A DNA stretch of 64,000 nucleotides, from assembly GCA_951406725.2 (NCBI GenBank), contig OX597821.1:59830001-59894000 (forward strand), written 5' to 3'. Shown in pieces: positions 51,370 to 64,000 of the stretch; position 1 is the first letter of the stretch, and each line of letters opens with the position of its first letter. The notes below the pieces were generated by a model. That model was not told the origin of the DNA. It saw only the letters and a list, made by a program, of their open reading frames with translations, and did not search any database. This stretch comes from Octopus vulgaris. Its lineage: Eukaryota. The position numbers were made by a program, and so were the translations under genes.

Positions 51370-54300
51370 AATTACTTTATTGAAATCAAGGCTTTTTGCT
51401 GTTTTTCAGAAGAGCAAATTTGCTACACAAAAGGAAGACAATTGTACAAAATGCACACTGTATCATTGAAGTGAAAATTCTACGCAGTAGAATTTATTTA
51501 TTCATTATATATTTAAAAAAATTTTTTTCACAAGTTACAAAATATTCAATAAGCTCAGAGAGCTTTCTAAAGCAAACTGAAAAAAAAAAAAAGGGGGTAA
51601 AAAAGAAAAAAAAAACACTCTTTTATTATTATTTTTTTAAAGCATCCATTCCAAACAGCTAAATTAAATCAGAGCAGCAGGGTTTGGGAAGTTGATAGCT
51701 GGGGGAAGAAAGAATTTTACAAGAGAAAGACTGGGAAAAAGAAAAAGAAAAATAAAGGAAAAAAAAAGGAGAGGAAAAGTCCTAGGAAACAGAAGAAAAG
51801 GAAACTTTGACAGAAATTCCCAACTAGAGTCAGCAAGTGTGCACATTTTGTTAGTGAGCATTTTCTGCATGAGTATATATAATAACTCCAGCTACCCAAT
51901 CTGAAGTCTTGATTAAATAAAGCAGGTGATAAACTGTTCATAACTAATTGGCTGCTTCCAGGAATTCAACCCTTATTACCAGAAGGCACATCACCAAATC
52001 TATGCCAACACAAACCGATATTGCCAATCTCAGCACAGTTATATTTTACAAGGGGTATTTGTCAACATTTTCAGAAGAAAGAAAAAACAACTTGGGGCTA
52101 TGTACCATTATTTAGGAGAGAATATTAGTAAAACTATCGAAACTTAATTTAGAACATTCTAAAAAGGTTCAAATGGACCAAAACATTACAATATGATTCA
52201 ATTAAAATTTTAACAAATTTTGATGAAACAATGTTTATTTGCTATAATTGTAAATTAAATCTTACTGTAGCACTTAACTTTTAATAAATGAAAACAGAAA
52301 CTGCAAATCTACAATATCTTCCTGTAATAAATCATTCCTAAATTGCATTTGTAGTAAAGATTCAGTCCATAGCTGTTATATAAGTTGATATATAATGTAT
52401 GTGCATATTTATTCATATACACATATATACATTACTATGTTGCATGTGTACACACATGCACACACACACACATCCGTATACATACATACACAACCTATAC
52501 AAACTCTTAATATATTTCCTATCTTTCATTATTTGTATATCTATGTGGGATTAATGTATGCACACACTGTGCATCTATATAAATATATATTTATATAATA
52601 TAAATAATTATATGTAACAAAGATTTATATATAAAAATATACATATTTATATAACAAATACATTTGCATATAAATATATACATATTTATATAAATACATT
52701 TACATAAAATATATACATTTATATATATAAACATATACATTTATATATAAATATGTACATATTTATATAACAAATATATTTATATATTAATATATATATT
52801 TATAAATAAATATAGATATATATTTGTATAACAAATATTTATATAATATATTTTAATATCTTATACACACACATATATATTATAGATACATATATCCACA
52901 CATTCTTATCTTACATGTTCAAATATACAAAGATGGATAGGCATGGAATGGTTTTCTAGTACTTTATTATCCAGTATAGCTATTATCTTCCTAAAATAAT
53001 TCTATAGCACACATATTCCACCAAAGCAGAATGTTCCAAATCATGTGGCAACGAAAGGATCTCTGAAAACTTGGTTTCACTCGATATAATTGTAGACGAC
53101 CTTAACATGTGTAAGAATCAAGTTTAACAAAATATTCCCAGTGGTGACAATTAACAGCTACTTTTGCCCACTTTATTTAACAACAATTAAGTGTAATTTA
53201 TTGATTTTTCTTTCTTTTTTTTTAATACAAGAAAAAAAAATTGAGCCCATAGGGAATACATTGAAAAGATTTTCCTGAGAAATAATACAATTTCAAAATG
53301 GGGTGAGAGAGAGGCAGGACTGTTCTCTACCTGCTTAATCTGGTCACAATGAAAGAATCCAAACTAGAGCAGCATGTGCTAAAAGGGGGAATTAGCTTTT
53401 GGAAATTTATCTAAGATGAGATATTAAAGGATAAGGAAAGAATACAGTGGGTATATCACGTTAATTATGAAGTGTATGTCAAAAGGAAAGGAAACAAGTC
53501 ACTGAAAAAGTTTTGTTGATTCTCTAAACAGAGTGAAATTTTATAACCAACAATTTCCTAACTAGTTATAAACAATTTTGAAGCTGTTAATTGTAAAAGC
53601 AGCTCTGTTTTTTTTTCGTTTTTATTTTGGAGGAACATTATGTAACTGATTATAATTAGTGCTATTATATTAAAACAGCAAGAAATAAAGCAGTTGCAGA
53701 GAAATTCTCAACTCAATAATTTCTAATGTAATACTGTAAAAAAATATTAGCAACGAGTATAAAGTTGTTTCGGAAAAAGAAAGGGAATTGACTTGCAGGG
53801 CTGTTTTCGGTAAGAGATAAATATCGGTAAAGTCGAGGTTAATTCTAATTTAGTAAGCAAGAAGTAGAGAAGAAATCAAAGAGATAAGTAAAAGAAAACC
53901 AAGAATTCATTAATATTCCAAAGGCTAGGTTTTTCATGTTTTATTACAGGGTTAAGTTTGCACAGCTCAGTACACATTAGAGCTCTCAGACATTGCAGTT
54001 TCTCTGTCTCCAAACATTAGAAGATTTAACAAGATTCATATTGGAGGTATGAGATTATATTATTAACCAAGTACTGCTCCATAGGCACTGAAGACCATTG
54101 CTATTTGTATATAACTGCATCTTGCATTTATCCAGAAAGCCAGGTACTGCATCATTTTGCTTTTCGCAATACTTATCACAAAAAGTTATAGAAAGATGAA
54201 GTGGCTGTGTCTTTCACAAAGAGAGACGGCCACACAAGAAATGGGATGGGGGAGGGGAAGGGGTATTTCTTTTGATTAAGTTCTTAGATTACAGCATGTT

Positions 54301-54803
54301 GGACAAACTTCACATTTTGGTTATAAAGCCAACACTGCAGGATTTTTTTTTATTTATCTGTTTTATCAATCATGCATGATGCATACCTTTATTTAGTCTG
54401 ATGTAGCGCGTGCTTACTCACACGACATTCACACATGCATGCACGCACGAGTCAAGGATGAGCAAATTACAAACAAAAGAGTTGGCTGGGGGTAGCGAGT
54501 CGTGCAAAACGATATTGAAGCACAAGTGTGTATGTTTTAGTGTTAATGTGTACGTATGCTTGTGTTTAATGTGTTTCTGAAGTAAACCAGAAACTGTCTT
54601 TCTAAACAAATTATGCTGGATAGCTGTTTAACTGGTCTGGTTGCTGGCATAGATATAGTTAGATGCTTTTAGTAGTTGTACAGTAATGTTAAGTCAGTTC
54701 ATTGTAGAAAAGCAAACAATATTGCCAATAACAATGGTAATGAGGCAGATGAAATATTATGAACAGAAACTGATATTGCCATAGTTTATTGGGGATAGTA
54801 TAT
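51370..54803 (-). other. Probable long 3'UTR of the RNF38/44-like gene
   Basis: About 3.4 kb with no recognisable SINE, in contrast to the flanks; minus-strand AATAAA at 51381-51376 followed by a U-rich tract, and a proximal AATAAA at 54790-54785. Confidence 0.55.
52580..52870. repeat. AT-rich degenerate minisatellite (ATATACATATTTATATAA-like units) inside the candidate RNF38/44 3'UTR
   Basis: Recurring ACAT(A)TTTATATA(A) units. Confidence 0.75.
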
Positions 54804-54866
54804 TCAATCTCCTTGATTCACAACCTCTGAAGCATCAGCTCGGCATATCGGGCATGTCCGATTTGT
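54804..54866 (-). CDS. RNF38: RNF38/44-like last coding exon: TNRTCPICRADASEVVNQGD*
   Basis: NRTCPICRADASEV completes the RING-H2 domain; TGA at 54806-54804. Confidence 0.96.
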   Translation of the reverse strand, partial: TNRTCPICRADASEVVNQGD

Positions 54867-55358
54867 CTGAAAAAGCAAAACAATAAGCCATTGTAAAGAC
54901 ACAGGAATACGCGAGGTAGTATTTCATTTCATAACAGAATTTATAAAAGATCAAAGCTGTAATACATTAAACAGTATAATTTACCATACACAGTTTTACT
55001 CTAACCAAATTGACTTTTGCCTGTCCTGAATATCACATGAGATACACAAGACACATTGCTCTGGTATCCATGCATCATATGTGATACACATTCCCAATAT
55101 TTTTCAACCACTGCAGTAACTTGGGATTTATGAAAGGAAAACTTTATATTACACAGAATGTATGAAAGAAGAGTCTGAAAACAGGCATGGACATTTACAA
55201 TAAACTTAAGAAAATACTTTGGACAGGCAAAGGGTGAAAAGACTATAAAAGACTATTACAAAGTTGATTTTTTTTTTTAATACTTATTGCTGACATTTTA
55301 TATAAAACTTTACTTCTGTAACATACATTAATTAGATGTGTTACAGAGTATCTCTCTA

Positions 55359-55664
<306 letters not shown>

Positions 55665-56758
55665 CTAGAAAATAAAATCAAAGATAATTTTGATTAATCA
55701 TAACTAATTAAGATGGGGGAGTGAAAGAGAAGTATACATTTCAGAAGAAGAATTTGTGACAGTGTGGTTAAGAAACTTACTTCCCAATTACGTTTCTGGG
55801 TTCAGAAACATAGCACCTTGGGCAAGTTTCTTCTACTATAGCCAAGGGTCAACCAAAGCCTTATGAATGTGTGTATATACACATGTGAGAGAGAATTGAT
55901 GTTGTCTTGTGCTGACAGCGCATGACAGTTATAAACAAGTGTTATTGTCATACAACAGTGTCCATTTCTAATCCTCAATGAAAACATGTCTGGCCATAGG
56001 GAAATATCATCTTACTTATAAACAGATGAGGGTTAGTGACAGGAAAGGCATCTGGCAGCAGAAAATCTGCCTCAATGGATACTGTCTGACCCATCCCATA
56101 CATGGAAAAGTGGGTGAAATGACAATGATGAAGATGATGACAGACTGAGTGGTGCCAGAAGCCAGTATAGTGTTTTTGTAATCTGAAGTCCTGTGTGCCA
56201 GTCAGAGTCTAATGGAAATAAGAATATATCTCCAGAAGAGAGGATTGTCCACTTTGGTGTTCACAGCACTAGATCCAAAATGTGACTATTCATAAAACTG
56301 CAGTCTGCATTTGCTATACGTTGAAGAAAAGATTCAACACACATACACACACTGACTAAACAGCTATACGACAGAAATTAATATTAATCATACAGCTAAT
56401 ATGAAATAATATATATAGCATTTCATGACAGAAAAGCTGCACAGGAGTATCAGATGCACCCTAATTTCAGCAGTGCATAATCAAAGAAACAAGGGTTTTA
56501 GTGAATTAAAGCTTATGGAAGGCCCAACATCACATATAGGGATCAGGGTAATATTTTGAGACTTTTCTGTTGTTTTGAAAGGAAGTGAACCTTATATGCT
56601 GTCAAATACAGTATATATACATCTTTCTCGTTGAACACTTGGTTGCAATTAATATTAGAATTTTGTCCAGACAGCTTTGAAATAATTGTTTTATTTAACC
56701 CTTCTCATATTAAGTTTCACAAGGTTACATCTATAATTGCAATATAACCCATACCTCT

Positions 56759-56761
<3 letters not shown>

Positions 56762-56811
<50 letters not shown>
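56762..56811. repeat. (GA)n microsatellite in an RNF38/44 intron
   Basis: Direct reading. Confidence 0.98.
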
Positions 56812-56814
<3 letters not shown>

Positions 56815-57313
56815 ATTTTAAAACTAGTTTTTCATATACACAGATAGGCATGAGTCTGGCTTGTAATAGGCACAAGCACAGCTGTATGGTTAACAAGTTT
56901 GCTTCCCAAGCACATGGCTTCAGGTTCAGTGCTAATGCCTGACATCTTGGATGGACTAAAGCCTTGTGAGTAGATTTGCTGGATGGAAACTAAGAGAAGC
57001 CCATTGCATGTATATGTGTGTGTGTGTGTGTGTATTTCTTTGTCTTGACGTTGTAAATAAATGGTATTCATTTCCAATATTCTGCAAAAACTCGTCTGGC
57101 CACCCTTGCTTGGAAACAAGGAATGGTTGGTGACAGGAAGGGCATCAAGTCATAGAAAATCTGCCCCAAGCAAGCATGGAAAAGAGGATGTTAAAACAAC
57201 AATGAAATGAGAGGGAGGAATTATTCAAGTTCTAATATATTCTAGAACTTTCATTTGACACAGTTTTAATAATAATTAGGTTAGTTGTATGGTAATAATC
57301 CATAGTAATCTAC

Positions 57314-57398
57314 CTCATAATTTTCCACTTCAGCAGCAGCATCCTCATTCAGTTCAACATTATATGTAGCTGGCATGGGTGGGTTGCCCAACATTGCT
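57314..57398 (-). CDS. RNF38: RNF38/44-like exon: AMLGNPPMPATYNVELNEDAAAEVENYE
   Basis: Ends in the conserved EVENYE; phase 2 in, phase 0 out; canonical splice sites. Confidence 0.92.
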
Positions 57399-57457
57399 CT
57401 AAAAATAGAAAAAGAGGAAAATGAGCCTGAGAACAGTTTGAAAGCAGATCTGTTTAA

Positions 57458-57669
57458 CCTTTTCGTTACCAACCTGGCTAAAATCAGCTCTGAGTACAAA
57501 TGTCTTGTTTTTATAAGTTTTGAATTAAAATCTTCCTCCACACCTTAGTCACAATTTATGTTCCTAACACGCTGAATGATAACTAAGTTATTTTACTAAA
57601 TTCTTTGTTACATTTAAGGTAATTGAATGAAAGACAGAGCATCTCAAAATAAATACATTAACGAAAGGG
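57458..57669. mobile_element. Second TTAA MITE family, in an RNF38/44 intron
   Basis: TTAA|CCTTTTCGTTA ... TAACGAAAGGG|TTAA. Confidence 0.75.
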
Positions 57670-58159
57670 TTAAAATCTGAAGCCTGAAAGATAGTAACTA
57701 AATATCATATCTATATAAGTAACAAAAAAGAGTAATGAAATTTTGAAAGAGAGAAAAAAAAAATAATAAATAAAATTGTGTACCGTTATCTCTAAACTAT
57801 GTACATACATTTTGTTAAATGACGATGATTTGTACAGCATCGGATTTTTGTACATACTGACTACTAAAAATTAGAGGGCACATTGTATATAATAAGCAGT
57901 GAGTGTTAGTATTTCGACTTAGAGTAAAGGTGTGATTAGTCTGATTTATTATAATTACTCCATAAAATACATTGAAAAGTACTGATATCATAAATGGAAT
58001 AAAAACAAAAAAATTTTTTTGAACTTCACTGGTGCACTTGCTGTAAGTCAACATTTTAGAAATCACACTTTTCAATTTTTTTTCATGGAAAGTGCAAATT
58101 ATATAAATAAATATGGTAGGTAAATTACACTTTAATTAAGATTTTATCATTCAACTTAC

Positions 58160-58269
58160 AAGAAATGAAGTAGAAAGCCTGGGTAGGCAGTAGGTGGGGG
58201 TGCTGGAGCAAAAGCACGCATTCGGTTTCTACTAAGAGCCCGCCGAGGATATAATCGCGAAAACTGATC
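58160..58269 (-). CDS. RNF38: RNF38/44-like exon: DQFSRLYPRRALSRNRMRAFAPAPPPTAYPGFLLHF(L)
   Basis: TGTAG acceptor, TT|GTAAGT donor; resembles human PRRLTGRSRYRSQQPIPPPPYHPSLLPYVL. Confidence 0.88.
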
Positions 58270-58725
58270 CTACAATACAAAGAGAAAACAATAACTAATA
58301 CATCAGAATTTCTGGTAATAAATAAGAGTTAAATTTTATAGTTGTACATTTTAATTCCTTCATACAAAAGACAGGAATATTAAAAAATCACAATCAGCAA
58401 AAAATAAAGAAATAATGGAAAGGCTTTTGATAGGAGTCTGTCAAATCAGTTTGGATACAGGTACAACATTAGTTTTCGGGAACCATTGATTTCAAAACCT
58501 TTTTGGAGTAATGACTTTTTCCAAAGCAAGGATTACTTTGGTCAACACATACTAAAGTACTCAAATTTAAAATTTACCTAAATGATTAAATGAAATACGG
58601 ATAACTATACATTAGTGGAAGTTAGTGTGGATCATAAGAGGTTACAGACCACTAGTGTCTAGAAAGTTGGTGTGGTACCTATATGTTTGTCTTTCTTGTT
58701 GAAAGTGTGTTGCAGAATTACTTAC

Positions 58726-58872
58726 ATAAATGTCTTGTGTTGCTGGGTGAAGTGTTGATGGTTCCTGGAGCATAATTGGTGGTGAGGGATTGAGAGGAGA
58801 GACATGGTGTACAGGAGTAGTTAATGAATATGTTGGGCGATGTTCTGTGATTATCTGTACATCATCATCTGG
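58726..58872 (-). CDS. RNF38: RNF38/44-like exon: PDDDVQIITEHRPTY...PATQDIY
   Basis: TTTTGCAG acceptor, TAT|GTAAGT donor, 147 nt, in frame. Confidence 0.8.
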
Positions 58873-59633
58873 CTGCAAAACAAAACAAAACAAGGAAATT
58901 GTTTAAACGTCTTAATTCATTTTAATATGGAGACCAATAACAACACAGTGAATTATGCAATATCAATTATCAGACTGCAGCCATGATGGGGCAGTGTCTT
59001 GAAGAATTTCTTAATCGAATGATTCAACCCCAGTACTTATTTTTTTTTTTAAAGCCTAGTACTTATTCTATCAGTCTCTTTTGCTGAACTGCTAAGATAC
59101 AGGGACATAAACATACCAACACCAGTTGCCAAGAAGTGGTGGGGGACAAACACAGAGACAAAGGCGCACACACACATACATATATATATACATACAATGG
59201 GCTTCTTTCAGTTTCTTTTTACCAAATTCACTCACAAGGCTTTGGTGAGTCCCAAGGCTATAGAAGACACTTGCCCAAGGTGCCAAGCAGTGGGACTGAA
59301 CCTGGAACCAAGGTTCTCATCAAGCAGTCATATTATATTATATTATATTTGTTGTAATTATAGTTTTTATCTTTTACTTGTTTCTGTCAGTGGACTGTGG
59401 CCATGCCTCACAAAACCTTGGTTGGCCTGGGGCAATAGTAAAAGATACTTGTCCAAGGTGATGTGCAGAAGGAGAGAACCCAGAACCACATGGTTGCAAA
59501 GTGAACTTCTTAACCATGCGGCCACACCTTTAAAGAAATCAAACAATCTGGCAATGTGTGTGTGTGTGTGTGTATTCACTTTTTACTAACAAATTCCAAT
59601 TTCAAAGGAAAATAAATTGTAGTAAATACATAC

Positions 59634-60083
59634 CTGAGGTGGAGGTTGCGGATTAGGTGCAAACTGTGAAGGATGATGATGTGGGCCCGGGTGATGTGGT
59701 GGTCCAGGTGCTGTATTTATATGATGTTGACTGGACATATGTCGAGCAGCATGAGCGGCGGCAGCAGCTGCTGCAGCGGCAGCCATAGAATTCTGATGCA
59801 GCAGTGTTCCAGGAGGTGGAGCAGGAATAGCATGATGTGGAGGTGCATGTGGGGGAGCTGCATGATGACTGGCAGCTACACCTGGAGGAAGTTGTTGCAA
59901 GCTACAGGCCGGAATGTGCTGCATACTACATGATGGAATTGGAACACTGCATGGAGGAATGGACCATGTCGGCTGGCTAGCACACACTGGTAGGTGAGCT
60001 GTTGTACACACGGAACTAGGATGTGTGCCAGTACATACAGGAATAGCATATGGAGCAATAGTTACAGGAGCAGATACTGGAAC
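59634..60083 (-). CDS. RNF38: RNF38/44-like exon: VPVSAPVTIAPYAIPVCTG...QHIPACSLQQLP... with poly-Ala and His/Pro-rich segments
   Basis: 450 nt, phase 0/0, CAG|GTATGT donor; matches human [32 protein letters not shown]. Confidence 0.9.
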
Positions 60084-60378
60084 CTGGTAACAAAAGAAAA
60101 TTCAACTAAAATATCTTCTACAATATTGAATTAATTAAAACTAATCTATACTCAAATTATTCTATAAGCTGTTTCATTAAAATGTTTTTAGAAGAATATT
60201 TGAATTAAAATAGTCATCTATGTATCATAATAAATGTATACTGTTGACAGGCCATGCCTCAATTGCGCTTATTGGATTTAAAATATTAAAATTCAAAAAG
60301 GTTTCAAATTTTTACAGTAAAACTTAGACAAGTTTAGAGAAAAAAAACTGCATAAAAATGTTTGGAAAGAAATTTTAC

Positions 60379-60541
60379 CTGCTCCAAATCAAACATAATT
60401 GGTTGCTGGGGATTTTGGTGTCCCAGTAAGGCAGGGTGCATCTGGCAATTTGTTGCAGCTGTAGGTTGAAACGCTCTTCTATCTGGTGATTCACTGCGCT
60501 GAGTTGTGTTTCGTTCTCTAATACGCCGCCGCGTTATTGGG
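60379..60541 (-). CDS. RNF38: RNF38/RNF44-like E3 ligase internal exon: (S)PITRRRIRERNTTQRSESPDRRAFQP...PIMFDLEQ
   Basis: TTTCAG acceptor, CAG|GTAAAA donor; resembles human RNF38 SPPVRRQR...RAFHP...VMVDIHDQ. Upstream exons not found in the window. Confidence 0.8.
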
Positions 60542-63500
60542 CTGAAAGGTAAAAAGAAAAACAAAAATAATAAAAACTGGAATTTTATCTCAAAGAAACC
60601 TCAAAAGAACAGAAATCCATTAAACAATACAAAAATATTAATAAAGCACAATGCACATTTGCAAGCCAGCTAGCCAAGCTTAAGAAGCAATACAACTGAC
60701 TCAACACTAAAAGCAGGTTTCTTGTAATTCTTTACATCAAAATGTAAAGTAGAGGCTGGGAATAAGGTTGGAGATGCACAAGCCACAAAGTGTAGGCTCT
60801 TACAAACAGTAAAATTAATTTGTATGTCCTTGTATGGAAATGGTAAAATTATTGGTTATTGATTTTTGATGAATAATTATCTTTTACTGGTTTCAATCAC
60901 AGGACCTTGGTCATACTGGGGCACTGCCTTATGGCTAATTAGGGATAAACACACATCATCATCATCCATAGATTTCTTTCTAAATATATTACAGTAAGGA
61001 ATCTTAAAAAAAGGTCAAGACATTTCACCAATCTAAAACTATGGCATCCTCTTTGTTGTAGAATCCATTACCTTCCATTTTACACCAAACTCTCACATAC
61101 AAATTGTAGAAAATGCACTTGTCGTGATCAGGTGGATATACATTTCACAGAACAATGTTAAAATGATGGTATTTATCTGACCATGCTCTCTTTCCTCTGT
61201 TCTTTGTCAATTTGATTTTTATGACTATTTTTAAGTATTTGAAATTTACCAGGTCTTTCAAAATGTTCTAAAAGACACAATTGGAAGGAATTATTCTTCC
61301 CATTAGGTTAATCACTGCAAACATCACAAAAGGTTTTTGGAAAACTCTTAATAGTCATTTTATTCTCTCTCTCTCTTTTTTTTTCTAAACCCTTTAGCAT
61401 TTAAACCAACAATGTCAGGCCCAGGTATATGCTCAAACCAGTCAGATCTAGCCTATTACACCTGTACTACAATGTCATTCTAAAAATAAACAATCTCATC
61501 ATCGAAACCTCAAAGCGGCAAGATAATGCACAATTAATTCAAAACAATGTGAGTAAAATAAGCATTAAATATGAGGAGTAATCTGAATGCTAAAGGGTCA
61601 AAGAAGTGAAGACTTCCTTTTGTGCGGAGACAATTTTGATGCGGGCATTATCAAAACTGGAATCATGAAGCCCTAAGACAATACCTCAAGATTTAATCTT
61701 AGAACAATGAGGTATCAAATTAATTTTGGTGAAACATCTAACCTAGTACTCAGCTACCTAGGTCATATATATATATTATATATTTTAATTATCTTATTAA
61801 GGAGGAACAGTCATTTGAATCAAACCCAAAATAAATTATTGCTAATTCACTATGATAGAGATATTTATATAAATTACTAAAAATTTTAATACTTTTAAAT
61901 TCTTAAGATTATTTACAACAGCTAATATATCATTTAAAATTTTGAGCAATTTTTTTTTGTCACATAAAATATTTAGAACAAATATTTCTTCATCTTCAGT
62001 GTCATATTTTAGATAGCATTTCTTTGGCTAAGACTGAACTGAACATAGTCTTAGGGATTAGAGTAAAGAACTCCAAGATCTAATGAAGTTTGTGGGTCTA
62101 ATCATACAGAAACTAATGCAAAACATGGCACTTGAAATTAAGTAGAGATTACATAAATAAATAATTAATTAAAAAGTTAAATAGTCTAGTAAGGCCTCAT
62201 CTCAATGTCTAGAACAAGTTAAAGTTTGACTTTTTTCCTACTGTTCTCATATTGTTTTTGTCCTGAAGTTTTTACTGTATGAAAGTATTAAAGAATTATA
62301 TTTCTCCCTCTTTTTACCAACTCTACAGATAAGGAACAAGGCAATATAACTTGATTAATCAAGTAAAACACTAAATTCTCAAGATTAGCGACAATTATTA
62401 ATATATTTTGAATTTTTAAGCATAATTTGTTTGTATTGGTTGTCCAACATTTTCATTAAAAACCCATAAAGTAGTTGTAAAAGAATTACTGTTTTTATAT
62501 AAAAAGATAATATGGTTTTATTGTTTTAAACAAATTTACGTAACTAACACCAGATTTTGAATTTACAATTGGTATAAATTCAAAAAGATTATGATGAATT
62601 TCATCTCCAACAATAAGGTTGTTAGTCAATTTGTAGAAACTAATATTTCTTAATAATTATGACAATTTTCTCCAGCAATATATTTAATGCTAAATATGGA
62701 CTCATACATGAATAATTTAATTCTTAGTTAATTAAAAATAAATTTAATCAAATTCTTAAATGTATATATATATAAATTAATATCGATAATCTAATAGCAA
62801 TGGGTAATATTTGTACCCATTTTTACAAATATAAAAATACCAAATTGTGACAGCCTTCCATTCTATATATTTGTAAAACAAAACATCAGATCAGGAAAAT
62901 AAGACTTCTTATTTATAAATTCTTGGAGTACTCTTCAGATACTAACTACACAAAAACATGTCCATTAGCTTATATTTAAAAATTAGGCCAAAAGTTTCTG
63001 GCCTAATTTTATTGCTTTGAATATTGGATGAACTCTTTATGAGACACTTTATGAGAGATCAAATAGCTTTGCTTGAATGACTTGAAAAAAAAAAATTTTT
63101 TTTTACACAAAAACACTTCATGTTTTAGGATATGCTCTAAATAAAAATATTTAAGTAGAACAGCCCTGTTAATGAAATTTAGGCTTCTCTAATTTAATTA
63201 AATCATTTATGTTTGGGGGACGAGAGTTGATGTTAGAAGGATAGCATTTGTTAGTGTTATGGCAGGAACAGCTTATTGTGCAAGTATTGTAAGCAAGACA
63301 TTTTCATATTATATTTATTATAAATCTCACAGGTATTATAAAATACAGATTACTTGGTAAATACAAATGCAAACACAGCATATCTTCAATGACAAAATGA
63401 AAAAGCTTAAATATTTATTCATTTGCTATATGTTGACCTAAAGAGACCAGAGAAAGAGTGCATCTATATACAAGACCAATACATGAAGAGACATACACAC

Positions 63501-64000
63501 ACACTATGGCTTTATCAATATAAGCACTATTAAATATCCTTCATGTGAGATTGAAGAGTATTTAATTAAAAATAGCAATATTAATCTAATCTCCAAATTC
63601 AAATGTATTAAATTATTAAGGATTATGTTTCTCAAAAGCAGCAGTTCAATGTAAACACCATATTATTAAACTGCACCCATTTTGAGAACATTTCCTGTAT
63701 GGTTTTTGATCCAATAATATTAAATTGAAAAGTCGGGTCTTTGATCCAATTTTAAATTAAATAAAAGTTAAGGATTTTAAGAATTACTTTCCTCTTTCAT
63801 GTTTCAGTAAGCTTTCTAAAATATAGACACAAATCTAATGACAGCAATAAATGCCTTCTTTAATATTCTAAACTTTATGAATTATTGGACAGAAGTTACT
63901 TTGTTCTGAGAAGAAAAATCAATAAGAGTATTTATTTGACCTGAATGAAGTTAAAGGATATTGAGAAGAGGATGTAAATGGGTGATAGGAAAACCATTTG

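Overview
AT-rich, repeat-dense eukaryotic genomic DNA; the SINE/LINE repertoire looks like an Octopus (coleoid cephalopod) genome (pattern recognition, not verified). Three spliced protein-coding genes were reconstructed by hand. (1) The first coding exon of a probable cdc25 phosphatase on the minus strand (1733-1597, SPVTNL motif). (2) A complete 7-exon SLBP gene (histone stem-loop binding protein, ~278 aa) on the plus strand, 2474-14810. It sits head-to-head with cdc25 across a ~740-bp promoter carrying CCAAT, CHR-like, NRF1, YY1 and E2F motifs. (3) The last seven exons of an RNF38/RNF44-type RING-H2 E3 ligase on the minus strand (60541-54804), with a ~3.4-kb TE-free candidate 3'UTR. The ~36 kb between the convergent SLBP and RNF38/44 3' ends is transposon debris: tRNA-derived SINEs, RTE, Tx1-like and R4-like LINE fragments, DD37D/maT and mariner relics, hAT and TTAA MITEs, Helitron-like elements, foldback palindromes and microsatellites. 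The most unusual signals are a non-autonomous RTE-tailed element built from tandem ~62-nt units (variable-loop hairpin plus putative H-type pseudoknot) with a higher-order ~345-nt repeat, the cdc25/SLBP bidirectional cell-cycle promoter, a K-to-M change in the conserved SLBP YGKNT motif, and a decayed Penelope-type hammerhead ribozyme. All coordinates were read manually; TE boundaries are approximate.
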